Source: Rhizaria sp. SCN 62-66
Lineage: Eukaryota
Assembly (NCBI GenBank): GCA_001724265.1
Contig: MEDY01000022.1
Coordinates: 62,001 to 126,000 of the forward strand
Length of the DNA stretch: 64,000 nt
Direction: 5' to 3'
Shown here in pieces: positions 1 through 12,800 of the stretch. Position 1 is the stretch's first letter. Each line of letters opens with the position of its first letter. The position numbers were made by a program, and so were the translations under genes. A model generated the notes under the pieces. That model worked only from the letters and a program-made list of their open reading frames with translations. It had not been told where the DNA came from and made no database searches.

Positions 1-3000
1 CGCGCTCACGCTCAGCCTCAGCCGCGGCCTCAGCGGCGCCGGCGCGGGCGTTCACGACTTCCTCGACGCGCGCAGAGCGTGCGATGGCGAGCTGCGCCTC
101 GTTCTCGATCGCGCGCGCGCGGGCCTCCCCGTCAGCCTCTGCGCGGCGCGTGCGCTCCTCGCTGTGTGCGAGCACCTCCGCGCTCTGCGCTTGCTCGGAT
201 GCGATCCGGGAGCCAGCGCGCTTGACGTCGGCCTCGGCGGCCGCGAGCGCCTGCTGCAGCAGCTCGATCGCGCCCTCGCGCTTGGCCAGCATCGCGCGCA
301 CGGCCTCCAGCTCGGCGCGCGCGCGGTGCCCGGCCTCGGCGTGGTCGCTGCGCAGCGCCTCAACGAACGTGGCATGCTGCGCCTGCGCGTCCCGCAGCGC
401 GGCGGCCGAGTCCAGTGCGAGCCGCTCCAACCGCGCGGCCTCGTCGTCGCGCGCAGAGTCTGCGCGGGTCTCCCACACGCGCTTCTGGTCGACCAGCTCC
501 CTCGTCAGCGTCTCGACGCGCGTGTCGGCGGCCGCGGCGGCCTCGGTGGCCTGCGCAAGCCGCGTGCGCAGTTGCGCCTGGTCGGCCTCCATCTTGGCGC
601 GGCGCTGCTCCTCCTGCGCCAGCTTGCCGCGCGTCTCGGCCGCCTCGGCGCGCGCGGCAGTGAGCTTGCCCTCGAACGCGGCAGCGTCGGCGCTCGCGGC
701 CGCCGCGTCTGAACGCGCCTCCGCGACAGCGTGGCGTAGGCGCGTTGCCTCGTCGTCGCTGTTGGCGCGGGCGTGTGCGTCAATGCGAGCGCGCACTTCA
801 GCAGCCGCGGCGAGCTCCTTCGCGGCCTGTGTGGCGGCGGCGGCGGCAGCGGCGTCGGCAAGTGCGGCGTCGAGCTTGCTCTGCATTGCGCGCACGGCGG
901 CGCGCTCGCGCTCGAGCCCGGCGCGCGTGTCTTCGTGCGCGGCCTCCGCGGTCGCCACAGCGCGGCGCCAGGTGACCGCGGCCTCCGCCACGGCGGCCTC
1001 GCCGCGCGCGCGCTCCTCGGCCAAGGACTCGGCGAGGCGGTCGCGCTCGCGCCGGGCCTCCTCAGCGGCGGCCTGCGCGCGGCGCAGCTCCTGCAGGTGA
1101 GCGCGCGCAGCGGCGTCGGCGGTGTCGCGCGCCTCCTTGGTGGCGTCCTGCGCGCGCGCGTGCGCCTCCGTCTCGCAACGGCGCACCGACTCCTGCGCGG
1201 CGCGCAATGCGGCCTCAGCGGTCTCAGCGCGAGCGGTGGCGTCGGCCGCGCGGCGCAGCGCGTCGTCACAGCGGCGCTCAGCATCAGCCGCGGCGTCCGC
1301 GCGCTGGCGCTCCGAGCCCTCCTTGACTGCGGCGAGGCGCGCGGCGGCATCGGCGGCGGCGCGCGTAGCCAGGTCGAGCTTCTCCTGCATGTGCGCGACG
1401 GCTGTGGCGGCGTCAGCGGCTGCGGCGTCGACCTTGGCCTGCCACGCCTTCTCGCGCGCGCCCGTCGCAAGCGCGCTGCGCTGGCCCTCGGCCGCTGCGG
1501 CGCCCAGCGCGGCCGACAGCTCGGCGCGCAGAGTCTCTTGTGCGACCGAGCCCTGCGTCAGCAGCACGTCCTTGGTCCGGATCTCGGCCAGCGCCGAGTC
1601 AAGCTGCGCCTGCATCTGCGTGCGCGTCTGCGCCAGCGCCACGGTGGTATCGCCGAGCTGCTTCTTAAGCTCCTCACTGGCGCTCTGAAGGGCGGACATA
1701 CGGCGCTCGTGGCCCTCCGCCTCGCTGCTCTTGCGCTGGCGCTCGGCAGTCTCGGTCGCGAGCAGCGCTTCAAGCTCACGGACGCGCGTCTCGTGCTGCG
1801 CGCGCGTTTCCTTAAAGCGCGCGGCGGCCTTCTCGGCGGCGGCCTTGGCCTTGGCGACCTCGTCCTCGGAGGCCACCGCGCGCGCAACAGCGCTCTCGGC
1901 CTCGGCAGTCAGGCGCGCGAGCTCGGCCTTGACGGCGCGGTCGCAGCGGTCCACGTCAGCGCGCGCCTGCGCCGCGGCCTGCGCGCGCTCGTGCTCCAGC
2001 GCGCTCTCGGCGCGGTCTGCGCGCGCGCGCTCGCGCTCGGCCTCGGCAGCGGCGTCCGTAGCGGCCGCGCGCGCGGCGTGCACTGCGGCGGCGCCGTCGT
2101 TGATCTTGCCCCGCAGATTGTTGGCTTCGCGCTCCAAAGCCTCGACGCGCTCCTCGCGGCCCGCGGCGTCGCGGCGCGCGCTTTCGCGCTCGCGGGCAAG
2201 CTCGGTCGCGCTGCGCCGGCGCTCTGACTCGACCGCCGCGCGCGCCTGCGTCAGCTCGCCCGCCGCGGCCTCGGCCTGCGCCAGCGCTGCCTCGAGCCGG
2301 CCGCGCAGCTGCATTGTCGCTTCCTCAGTGGACGCCGACACGGCCTTGAACCGCGCGCTCGCAGTGGCCTCCGCAGCGGCGACGCGCTCCCGCGCGTTCT
2401 CGGCCGCGCGGTCCGCGTTCGCCTGCGCCGCCTGCGCCGCGGCGAGCGCCCGGTCGGCCTCTCCGCGGGCACGGTCCAGCGCCGTCTCCGCGGTCTCGGC
2501 GCGCAGCCGCTGTTCGCGCTCGCGGCCCACTGCGGCCTGCCGCTCGCGCGCTGCGACGGACACGTCCTCGGTCAGCCGCGCGACCTCGGCCGCCAGCGCC
2601 GCCGTCTCCTGCTCGCGCGCGCTCTGTGCGGCCGCCGCAGCGCGCTGCTTCTCCTCGGCGCGGCACGCGGCATCGTGGCGTTCGCGCGCCGTCTCCTGCG
2701 CGCGCACCAGCTCGCGCTTCGTCTCGTCGAGTGCGCGCTGCAGCGCCGCCGCGTCCCGCGTGTACTGCGTCTGCGCGGCGGCCAGCTCGCACTCAGCCGC
2801 CGTGCGCGCAGACCGCGCGTCAGACACGGCCCGCTCCAGCTCCTCGCAGCGCGCGCGCAGCTCGGCGGCGTCGTCGGCAGCCGCGGTGCTGCGGCGCGCC
2901 TCGAGGCCCAGCTCATGCTCACGCTCCTCGCGCACGCGCAGCAGCGACAGCTTCATGTCGTCGACCTGTGCCTGCAGCGCGCGCTCTGCCGTCTCGAACG

Positions 3001-6000
3001 TCGCGCTCGCGTCCATACGCTTTCGCTGCTCGGCGCGCACGCGCTGATCGCCCAGCTTCGCCGCTGTGCGCGCCTCTTCCAGCTGGCCCTTAAGCGTCGA
3101 CAGGGCCTCACGGTGCGCCGTCTCGAGCTTGTGCATGCCCGCACGCGCCGCGTCGGCCGTCGCGTTGAGCTCGGACATGAGCTCGTCCTCGCGCCGCCGC
3201 GCCGCCGCCAGCAGCTCCTCCTCGCGCCGCGCGAAGGCCGCGGTGAGGTTGCCGTGTCGCTCGCGGAACTCGGCGTCGAGCACGGCAGAGGTCTTGCCGG
3301 TGCTGGCGGCGAGGTCCAGGTGCGCCTGCTTGAGGTCGCGCAGCGCGTCCTCGGCAGCGCGCGCCTCGGCCTCGGCGCGCCGCACGCGGTCCGCGGCCTG
3401 CTGCTGTACCGTCTCCTGGCCGCCCCGGAGCGCGCGCGCCTCGTCCACGGCGACGGCGCGCGCGGCTGCCTCGCGGGCCAGCGCGGACCGCAGCTCCTCG
3501 CACTGCGCGTGCACAGCCGCGCACCGCGCTTCCATCTCACCCAGCCGCGCGTTGCGCGTGGCGAGCTCATCGCTGTGCTCCTTGGTCTTGGCCGCAAGCG
3601 CCTGTTCGCGCTCGCGGCGGAGGATCTCGCGCTCCTCGCGGCGCTTGGCCACCTCGCGCCGCTCCACGTCCTCGCGGGCCTTGCGCCAGTGCGCTACAAC
3701 GCGGCGCTCCTCGTCCGCGCGCGACACGGCCGCCTCCTGCGCCTGCGTCTTGGCCTCGAGCAGCGCGCGCTCGCTGGCGTCGATCACGCTGCGCACGCGC
3801 GCGTCAGCCGCAGCGAGCTCCTCCTTGTAGCTGCGCGAGAGGCGGGAGATCTCCTCTTCGTAGCCCACCTGCGCGCGCGCGCGGGCGTCGTCGCTGGCGC
3901 GGAGCCGGTCTTGCAGCCGCTCAACAAGCGCCTTGAGGTCGCCATCGTCGGCCCGCAGCTGCGAGCACTCCTCGTCCTTCTTCCTGTTGACCGCTAACGC
4001 CGCCGTCAGCGCGCGATCCTTGTCCGCCAGCGCGGCGCGCGCAGAAGCCAGCTCGGCGGCCGCGGTCTCGTCGCGCGCGGCGGCGGCGGCGCGCACACGC
4101 GCGGCGTCCTCGTCGCCGGTCTCGCGCTTGCTCTTGAGCTCTTGTGCGTACCACTGCAGCTTTTCCTCCAGCTCGGCGCGCACCGCAGCGGCGGCGGCCT
4201 GCGCCGTGTCGAGCTCACGCCGGTGCGCCGCGGCGACGGCCTCCATCTCGCGCGCGTGCGCCGCCGCGAGCACGCGGTGCGTGTTGACGCTGTCGTCGGC
4301 CAGCGCCACCGCCGCCTGCGTCTGGCTGCCCGAGAGCAGCGCGTGGAACTCCCCTGCGGCGCCCTCGCGCGCGCGCTTCTCCGTCTCCGCCGCCGCCACG
4401 GCCTCGGCGGCGCGGGCCTCGGCGGCGGCGGCGCGCCGCTGCATCTCCTCCGCATGCGCCGCGGCCTCGGCCAGCGAGGCGTAGGGGCCCCGCGCGACGT
4501 CCTGCGCGGCGGCCTCGGCGCGGGCCAGCGCGGCGCGCGCGCGGGCGCAGTCCTCCCGCTCGCGCTCGGCGGCGCGCTGGGCGCGCGACAATGAGGCCTC
4601 GAGGTCGACGATGACGGCTCGCAGGTCGAGCACCTCGATGCGCGCGGCGTCCAGGTCCAGCATGTCGGCAACCGAGCCGGACGCGGAGCCGATGGCGGCC
4701 GCGGAGGACGCGGCGGCGGCGACGGCGGCCGTGGCGGCCGCGACGGGGTTCAGCAGGAACGAGACGTCGGCGTCGGCGTCAAGGTCGGCAGCAGAGCTCG
4801 ACGCGGCTGCTGTGGTAGATGTCTGCAGTGAGTTGGAGGCTGAGCTCTTAGCGCTGCCGCTCGTGCTGGACTGAGGACCAAACGAGTTTGCAGCGGCCTT
4901 GTTCGCGCGACTGTGGGAAGAACGACCCACAGTAGCCTTAGTGGCAGTGGACGCTTGGGTGGGAGCGTTCAGGAATGTGTTGTCCTCGTCGTCGTCATCG
5001 TTGTTATTGTTGTACTCGATTCCGCCGTGGACGTCAGTGTAATACGCATAGGCAGGGTTGCTTACAGCCGCGGTCATAGCCGGGGGGCCAAAGGCGCGGA
5101 CACTGGGCCGCACAGCAGGCGCAAACGCTGCCGTCCCAGCTGGCTTCAAACCAGCATTAAGAGAGCCACTCGCAAGGCTTGCTGCGTCGTGGTTGGCGAG
5201 GAAAACGTTATCGTAGCTGTCGTCCGTGGCGTACTCACCAGAGCTGTTGCCGTCACTGCCGGGAGCGTTCGAGTCGCTACTGCTGCTGCTGACGCCGTCT
5301 TCGTTCAGTGTGGTCACAGTTGCCTTCGCAACACCGCTATTGCGGTAGGCGGCGACGCCTGCTGCGAGGTCTTCGTCTTCCTCGTCGTCATATTCGCCGT
5401 CATTGGCAAATTTAGACATGAAGTCACCGTTGTAGCTGCTAGAGCCATCACCACGAGCTGCCGCAGCGGCAGCGCGGGTCGCGTACTTGTCATTCGCCGC
5501 GGACACAGGACGGTTGGTAGAGTACTCTCGCACGAACGCAGACAACGAGCCGGCATCGCTGTCTTTCGCAACTTTCCCAGCAGCAGCTATAGAGGCAGCG
5601 CGCGGCGCAGAGTAACGCGCGTTAATCTCCGCCGCGGCGGCCGCAGTCGCTGCGTCCAAACTGCTGCGGCTGTGGGTTGCAATGCTGCTGGTTCCTTCGG
5701 TGGAGTAAAAGAGCCCGGGGGGTCCGCAGAGCGCGTGCGTGCCCGCGGTCGCCGCGGAAAAGGTGCGCAGCGCGGCGGCTGTCTCGGGACAGTCGGCCTC
5801 GAAGTCGGTTTCGCCGGGCGCGAGCCGCGGGAAGTGCTGCGACGGCGCCGACGTGGGGTGGGGCTTGACGTGCACAGAGGCGGCGAGCTTGCCGATCTGG
5901 GCCGCGTAGAAGGCGCTGCTGCGGGCCGTCGAGTCAGCGTTCGACGACGCGGGCGCGGGCATAAACGGGAGGCGCGCGCTCGAGGTGGATGAGGCTGACG

Positions 6001-6197
6001 ACAGCGAGGCAGGGGGGCCGGCGCGGAGGGAGCGCTGGATGTCGGCCAGCAGCGTGTCGATGTCTGGGAGGCGTTGAGCGACATAAAACAAGAAATATGT
6101 CATAAGTGACTGCAGTATATGAAATTAAAACAAGTTGGGTTAGCGTGATAAATGAATTTCGTTTCTCCGTACCAGTCGATCCGGAGGAGTGCGACAT
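1..6197 (-). CDS. Very large Ala/Glu/Arg-rich coiled-coil protein with low-complexity N-terminus (>2000 aa, 3' end runs off the window)
   Basis: Exon 1 6197-6173 (ATG TCG CAC TCC TCC GGA TCG ACT G), intron 6172-6064 (GTACGG...CCCAG), exon 2 from 6063 to the window edge, giving MSHSSGSTDIDTLLADIQRSLRAG... The ORF track lists no stop in this frame; it misses the gene because the stop lies outside the window. Positions ~1-4700 read as heptad-like AEAAERARAE sequence. No family recognised. Confidence 0.85.
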
Positions 6198-7096
6198 GAC
6201 AGTCAGGAGCAGGTGTCTCCGCTCTGGGCACTAGGATGAGAGTCTGATCAAGGTGATGTCAGGGTTTCAGAAGTGTACGGCAAGGTCTAAGCAATAAAAG
6301 CGGATACAATTTGCATGATTAGTCGCGGGTAACATGAATACATTTCGTCTCAATGAGTATCCATGTTGGTTAGCAGTGGCAAAATGATGATTACAAGCCA
6401 GAGCGAGGAGGGCGGGAATCAGACAGAAATATGTCTCATACAAGGCTAGTCGACCGTCAGCAGGATTTTCACAAAAGTATACAATATCCCTGCTAAATGA
6501 GCCCCAGGTTCTTAATTTAACATTGCATAACAATGCGCATACCGGCCATGATTTCAAATCTTAACATGCCCCAAATTCGAAAGTTGTTGTGGCGCGACGA
6601 CGAAGTCAAACGCACGGTTCGCAAAAAATCTCCAGCCACCACAACGACAGACACGACAACAAGACTCGTGGCCTCGATATTTCCGATCATGCCAAGACCC
6701 ATACCATCCGCTAAACGATCTGTCATTGATATTATTTAATTGCCAGCGTTTTATGGTAGATATATTCTATTATCAGAGACTTACGAAACGCTGGGAACCA
6801 TTCGATGCAGAAGCTTTTCTGTAGATTGAGTTTTGCCTGTCTGAGTGACGATGTCACGCCCTAAGAATGACCCCAGTGACCATGTCTCCGAAGATCTATC
6901 CTCACCAATCTTTGCATCCCGTAAAACCACATTGCGTCTAGCTTTTACCGCAACTCATATTTCACCAGAGACGTAAACGGACCACAATCACTGGTCTGAT
7001 TCATCCCTACCACACCTCTTGAAACCACACCCTTCTTGTGTGTGATCTCCAACACTCCACAGCCGTCACAGCCGCACCAGCCGCATCTCACATATC

Positions 7097-8235
7097 ATGG
7101 CGACCCGCAACTTGACGAAGAAGTTTGAGGGCATCCGCGCACAGTGCCGCCTGTCCTCGGTGTCGAACCGGCAGACCGACTGGGACAACGGCTCCACCGA
7201 GGGCCGCGGCTCGCTCCTCTCGCACCAGGAAGACTCCGTACGTCGCCCTTGCTCACCACGGATTCATTTATTCGCATTCATGCGATATTCAAGTGCCAAT
7301 GAGTTTATACTACATTATCTCATTTTATTGGCACCTTTCTTGCTCACTTGTTTTTCCACCGTCTTTCTCTATCCTTCTCATCGCACACTTGCGTACTATA
7401 TCTTCCCCCTCAGGCCGCCGCCGGCCCCGGCTACGGCCTGGCACCGTCCCTGCCGCCTAAGTGGGTAGACGTCGTGGACGAGATCCACGAGGACTTTGCC
7501 AAGATCAAGGACACGATGGCACAGCTGCACGACCTGCACTCGCGCCGCCTCAAGGTCACTTTCGGCGGCGACGAAAACGCACAAGAGGCCGCCATCGACA
7601 ACGCGACAGTGGTTGTAACCGGCCACCTGCGCTCGGCGGAGACCAAGATCAAGCAGATTGCGATGATCGGCAACGACGGCACGCAACAGCTGTCCAAGGC
7701 CGAGTGCGACGTGCGCCTCAACGTCATGCGCAACCTCGGCACCGAGCTCTCGACGCTCTTTAAGACCTTCCGCTCGGGCCAGAAGGACTACCTTGCCAAG
7801 CTCAAGTCGCAGCAGAGCGTTGGCAACGACCTGTTTCGCGAGGTCAACGACGCGGGCTCCTCCGCGGCGGCCCGCGGGACGGGCAACATCGACGATGCGC
7901 TGGACCAGGGGCTCAACGAGGAGCAGGTGATGCAGCTCAAGGAGCTGGAGGAGCGGTCCGACGAGCGCGAGCGCGAGATCATCCACCTCGTGCAGTCGAT
8001 CAACGACCTGGCGTCGCTGTTCCAGGAGCTCAACGTGCTCGTCATCGAGCAGGGCACGGTGCTGGATCGCATCGACTACAACGTTGAGCAGACGCTCGTG
8101 CGCATGAAGGAGAGCAACGTGCAGCTGCAGAAGGCGGACGACTACTCGAAGAAGACGCACACGCTTAAGTGCATTGCAGTGCTCATCATTGTTATCATTC
8201 TTGAGCTTATCATTATCGTCTCTAAGCACTCATAA
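7097..8235 (+). CDS. STX16: Syntaxin-16/Tlg2-like Qa-SNARE (~320 aa)
   Basis: Exon 1 7097-7237 (N-peptide MATRNLTKKF), intron 7238-7413 (GTACGT...CAG), exon 2 7414-8235 with LPPKWVD, Habc helices, SNARE motif EREREIIHLVQSINDLASLFQELNVLVIEQGTVLDRIDYNVEQT and a C-terminal TM anchor; stop TAA. Confidence 0.93.
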
Positions 8236-8736
8236 GCATTGTCGCTTTAGATGTCTGTATCTTTTGTTAAAGTTTATATTGCTCAAGTTTTTGTTCTGGT
8301 ATAGTCGAAGTAATTACAGTAATTACTGAAAAATACACAATTGTATTGTTGATCGCAAAGAAGATGATCACGTTGAAGAGAGCCATTGTAGTGTCTCGAA
8401 GCGAATCGAACATCACTGTTGCAGGCGCAAGTGGTAGATTCTACAAGGCGAACCAGTCTCATGTCGATGATACTCACTGGTATTATAATATGAGGCAGCT
8501 TAACAAGAAGTTTTGCGGTGCGTGAAGTTTCAAGTAGCTTGGAATGCGGATGTGTTGTCTTGTTTGGTGTGGTTGTAGTTCGATTTTGCGTTTGTGGTGA
8601 GGGCGACAGAAAACTGGGGTAGAAGCAGGTATGGATGTGAAGCGAAAGTTTAGGTGAATAACACGTTTGATTTCTTTTGTTTCAGGCCTGCTAACTGTTT
8701 ACCCATTTTATCTTTATTTATTTTAGGAACAACTCA

Positions 8737-9206
8737 ATGCCTTACGTTGCTACTCTCCGGGTACGTTGAGATCTCTTATTTTTTATGTCAGTCCGTTTCT
8801 TCACTGTTTCACCTACTTGCTCACTTGGGAATCTTCTTCTTCTCTGCACTTTCTAGATTGGTATGGGCTACAACGGCAACGCCGCTCTTTAGACCTACAT
8901 TAGCGACGCTGTTAAACGTGGTCAGATCAAGGAGTCCGGTGGCGTTATGAAGAAGGTACGTCACTTTGCGTTATCCCTTGTGTTTCTGTTTGCCATTCTT
9001 GAGGTTTCATCATCATGCTGCGTGAGCTCGCTCTTGTTCATCCATTGCTCTGAACTCATAATTGTTTATTGCTTCTGACTCTGTTGTAGGGCGTCTTTGT
9101 CCACTTTCATGACGAGGACTCTGGCGAGTCTGACGTCAAGGAGATCTCCAAGCTCACCGTGCCCGAGGCTGTGGCTCTCTTCGCCACCTTCGATATCGAG
9201 ATCTAA
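8737..9206 (+). CDS. Small 79-aa protein, three exons, one in-frame TAG; possible Sep15/SelM-like thioredoxin fold lacking Cys/Sec
   Basis: Exons 8737-8760, 8857-8955 and 9090-9206; both introns are GTACGT...TAG, phase 0. Translation MPYVATLRIGMGYNGNAAL[TAG]TYISDAVKRGQIKESGGVMKKGVFVHFHDEDSGESDVKEISKLTVPEAVALFATFDIEI, stop TAA. A further upstream exon (ATG 8631, intron 8654-8726) is possible. Not in the ORF track. Confidence 0.75.
8890..8892 (+). other. In-frame TAG codon (putative Gln) in exon 2 of the small gene
   Basis: GCC GCT CTT TAG ACC TAC. Weaker case, because this TAG could instead be an alternative in-frame 3' splice site. Confidence 0.55.
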
Positions 9207-9801
9207 GCGCCGAGCGGTGTTTCTACGTCAAAAGACATCATGCGTTGGCAGGTATCTTTTTTCACTTCGTGATCCGCTGATGGCGTTTGCGCCATGAGCT
9301 TTATCCGGGTACTGAGTCGAAACACCACGCTTTGAGCATGCTTTGTTACGTTTACTCGCCATCCCCCATAATCAAATACATGATATGAGTTTTTTGCAGT
9401 TTACTGAAATTTCGGAACAAGTATGTTCTTTTATATGAAAATTCACGATGAACATTTCAATTTATCTCTTACACAAGTGTCCCAACTGTTGCTTTCTTGA
9501 TGCGTAGGCTAACCAGCAGATAATCTAAGTTTAACTGTTAACACGAACTCGTACTTATGATCAATCATATTGCTACTGCCATATGTCTCTTGTCGTCAGG
9601 CGCAGCAGCATTCTCGCTGTCGGCTTCAGTCACCAACCCGGAGGCAGCCTTTATATTGTAAGCATCCGTGCCAACAGAAAAACCATTGCTTATTGCGAAT
9701 GATGGAGAAGAGCATGACATTGCTTCAATAATCTACGTATCTTGTATTAAATAAACTAAAGCGGAAATACATATCTACCAATTTGTTTGTGAATTCACCG
9801 G

Positions 9802-12800
9802 TCACTTTTTCTTATTCTTGTCGTCGTCCTTCTTCTTCTGCTGCGAGTGCCCTCCCGCCTCCGCGAGCCGCTCCTTGGCCTTGTCCAGCGCGCGCTTGCG
9901 CTCCGCCTCGCTCAGCGGCTTCATCGCCGCCGACCCCGCAAAACGGGACCGAGCGCGCTCGGCCTCGGTCGCGCTGCCCACGGTGCCGCTGCCCCACCCG
10001 GGCTTGTCGGCAGCGCGCACTACACTGGCCGTCGCGTTCGCGATCGCCGTCGCGCGGTTCGCCACCTCGGCGTCTCGCTCGCAACCGTGGAACAGCGGGT
10101 TGCGGTGCTCCACGCAGTACTCGCGCCGGCAGTGCTGGCACGGGTACCGGTTGTAGCTGCTCTTGGTCTTGCAGCCCGCAAGGCCGCACTGGCCGACGCG
10201 GAGCTCAGACAACACAGCGTCGATGTCGTCGTCATCGTCTGTGTTAGCCTTCTTTTTGCCAGACTTGTTCTGACTTGCCTTACTCGACGCCGCAGTATCT
10301 ACAGGCTCGTCGGCGTTGCTAGATTCAGGAACTGCCGCGACAACAGGGAGCGCGAGCAACGGGTGCGACAGCGGCCGACTCGGGTCACTCGGAACCAACG
10401 AACTAGAGACAGCAGAGGATGCCTGCTGGCGGATCGTGTAGCCAAGGCGGGACACGCCCTCAGCAGCGCCGGGCGCAGAGCCCAAGGCGCCGCCGCCGGT
10501 GAAACGGGACGCAACGGGTTTCGCTGCCACAGGCACAGCGGCTGGGGCAGGCTTTGCAGCGGGCTTGTGACTCGTTGCGATCGCAGTAGGCTTGGTAGCA
10601 GAGACTGGAGCAGGAGCGAGAGCGGCGGGTTTCGCAGTCGGTTCGGGGACAGAGGCTGGAGCGGTTTTAACGGTAACATCAGAGCTGTTCTCCTGGGCCT
10701 GTAATGTTACTAAGGCAAGCTGCTTCTCTTTAAGCTTCGCGAGGAACAGAGGACCCGCAGTGGGCTCCCCGACACTGGCACCGATGACGACAAACTGCAC
10801 CACAGGCGACCGATGCTCCTCCGCAGTGTGAGCTGCGTTCGCGCTATTTGCTGCAGCGGCAACGCCAGCGCGCGCGCGCAGCGACAGCGCCGCGTCGACC
10901 GCAGTGTTCATGTCTGCGTCGCTCTTGACCATGCGGCCGCGGTGCGTGACCTTGAGCACGCCAGCGGGAACCCCCGTCTGCGCAGAGACGCTGTGCAGAA
11001 ACTCACCGAAGTTAAGCCGCGTGACTGGGGCGTGGAAGAAATAAGCCGAGTCAGAGTCGGTGCCTTGCAAAGAGAGCGAATGCGCCGCGGCGTACTCGGC
11101 TGCTGTGACAGCCGAGACTGACACAGCGGAAGTTGCTGCGTTGGCTGTCGCAGCAGCTGATACTGCAGCGATAGCAGGGATCGCGCTCAGACTGCCCGCG
11201 TTATCACTACTCTCGCTGCTGCTGATGACCTGCTTCGCAGTCGAGATCAAGTCGCAGCGCTCATCGACCACAAAAGGTGCCCACGGCGCGGCATCAGCGT
11301 CCTCTGCAGCGGCCGCTTCAAGACAACTGCTGACGCCGCCGGCGCCCACTGCCACGCCGGCGTAGGTGCAGCCGTTGGGCAGCGGCACGCGAGCCAACGC
11401 AGCGTTTGAGAGTCCTACCTGCGTGTTAGCCTTGGCGGACTTCTGGGCCGCCTTCTGCTCCTTGGTGACAGGGCCGGCGGCCGAGGGCGCAGTGTACCAG
11501 GAGCTCTTGCCCTTAGAACTCGCACCAGTAGCCGCTGCGTTGGTTCCATCAACAGATCCAGATGTCTGAACAGAAATCGCGTTGAAGCTCGAGACTGCGA
11601 CAGAGATGTCTTCGACTAACACAATGTCGTTCTTGACAGACTCTGCGGCCGCCGCAGCCACAGATGCCGCTGACGCCGTCGCTGCCGCGGCAGCAACGGC
11701 AGCTGCAGCCTCCGCAGCCTCCTCCGCGGTGGCGCAGCGGCGCGGCGCCGAGAGCGGGACCGTGAACTTGAGCTTCCCCCAGGCGACCTCTGCGTACGGC
11801 ACGAACGACACGGCGCGCTTTGCAGCCGCCGCGGCCGCAGCGGGGTCGGGGGACTGCGGCGGGCGCAGCGGCAACTGGCAGAGGCTGCCCAACGCAGCCG
11901 CTGCGGCGCGCGTGACCGTGGCCGGCGGCGGGGGAGTCGCAGGGCGTGCGGCCCGCGCGGCGGCATCGGCGGCGGCGCGCTTGGCGGCAGCGGCCGCCTC
12001 GTCGGCGAGACGCTGCTGGTCGGCGGCGGCGGCAACGGCGGCGAGCGCGGCAGCGGCGTTGTAGACGGGGACCTCGGTGTAGCCTTCGTCTCCGGCGGCC
12101 TCGGCCTCGGCGTGCCGCTGCTGCCACTCAGGTACCGCGGGCTCCTTGAGCATAGAAGTTGCATAAGCGGCGGATACAGCAGTGGAGTTAGTTGCTGTTG
12201 CAGAGACGTCAGTCGGAGCATCCTCCGGTTTAGACGTAGCATCGCTAGACACAGGCTCAGGTGTTGACACCGAAGCCTTGCTTGTTGCATTCAGCGCAGT
12301 CGTTGCAGCGGCAGCCATATCGACAGCTTGCTGCACCTTACTCTTCGCCGCATCGTAAGCAGCTGTCTCTTTGCTACTGTCTGCGTCCTTGCTCTTATCC
12401 TTATCGGAGAGAAAGCTGCCGTCCATCACAAACAGCTCGTCTGCAGTACGCACCTGGCCGTGCTTTTGCGAGTACTCGACAATGCCTTCGAGGAACTCAG
12501 AACAGCCGATCGTGTCGGAGTCACCCACGACGACGATGGCGCGCTTGGCACGGGTGATAGCGACGTTCATGCGGCGCTTGTCCTCCAGGAAGCCAACCTC
12601 GCCGTGCTCGTTGGAGCGCACCATCGAGACGAGGACCAGGTCCTTCTCGCGGCCCTGGAAACCGTCGACGGTGCCGATCTCGAGCCCCTCGGCGATAAAG
12701 GGCGCCAAGTACGCGCTGGCCTTGAGCAGGCGCACCTGCGCGCGGTAGGGCGTGATAACCGCCACACGCGACGGCAGCAGGTTGAACGACAAAAAGTGCA

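Noticed and set aside
52-5992. Many long plus-strand and off-frame ORFs (e.g. 773-2227, 1731-3047, 2675-3997, 4913-5992)
   Set aside because: Shadows of the GC-rich minus-strand coiled-coil gene. The same applies to 30930-32705, 39687-41162, 45780-47303, 52132-54192, 52259-54400 and 59954-61258.
5587-6084. 165-aa minus-strand ORF ending in TAG
   Set aside because: Wrong frame: its ATG lies inside intron 6172-6064 and it overlaps the real gene. Not counted as a TAG-terminated gene or as recoding evidence.
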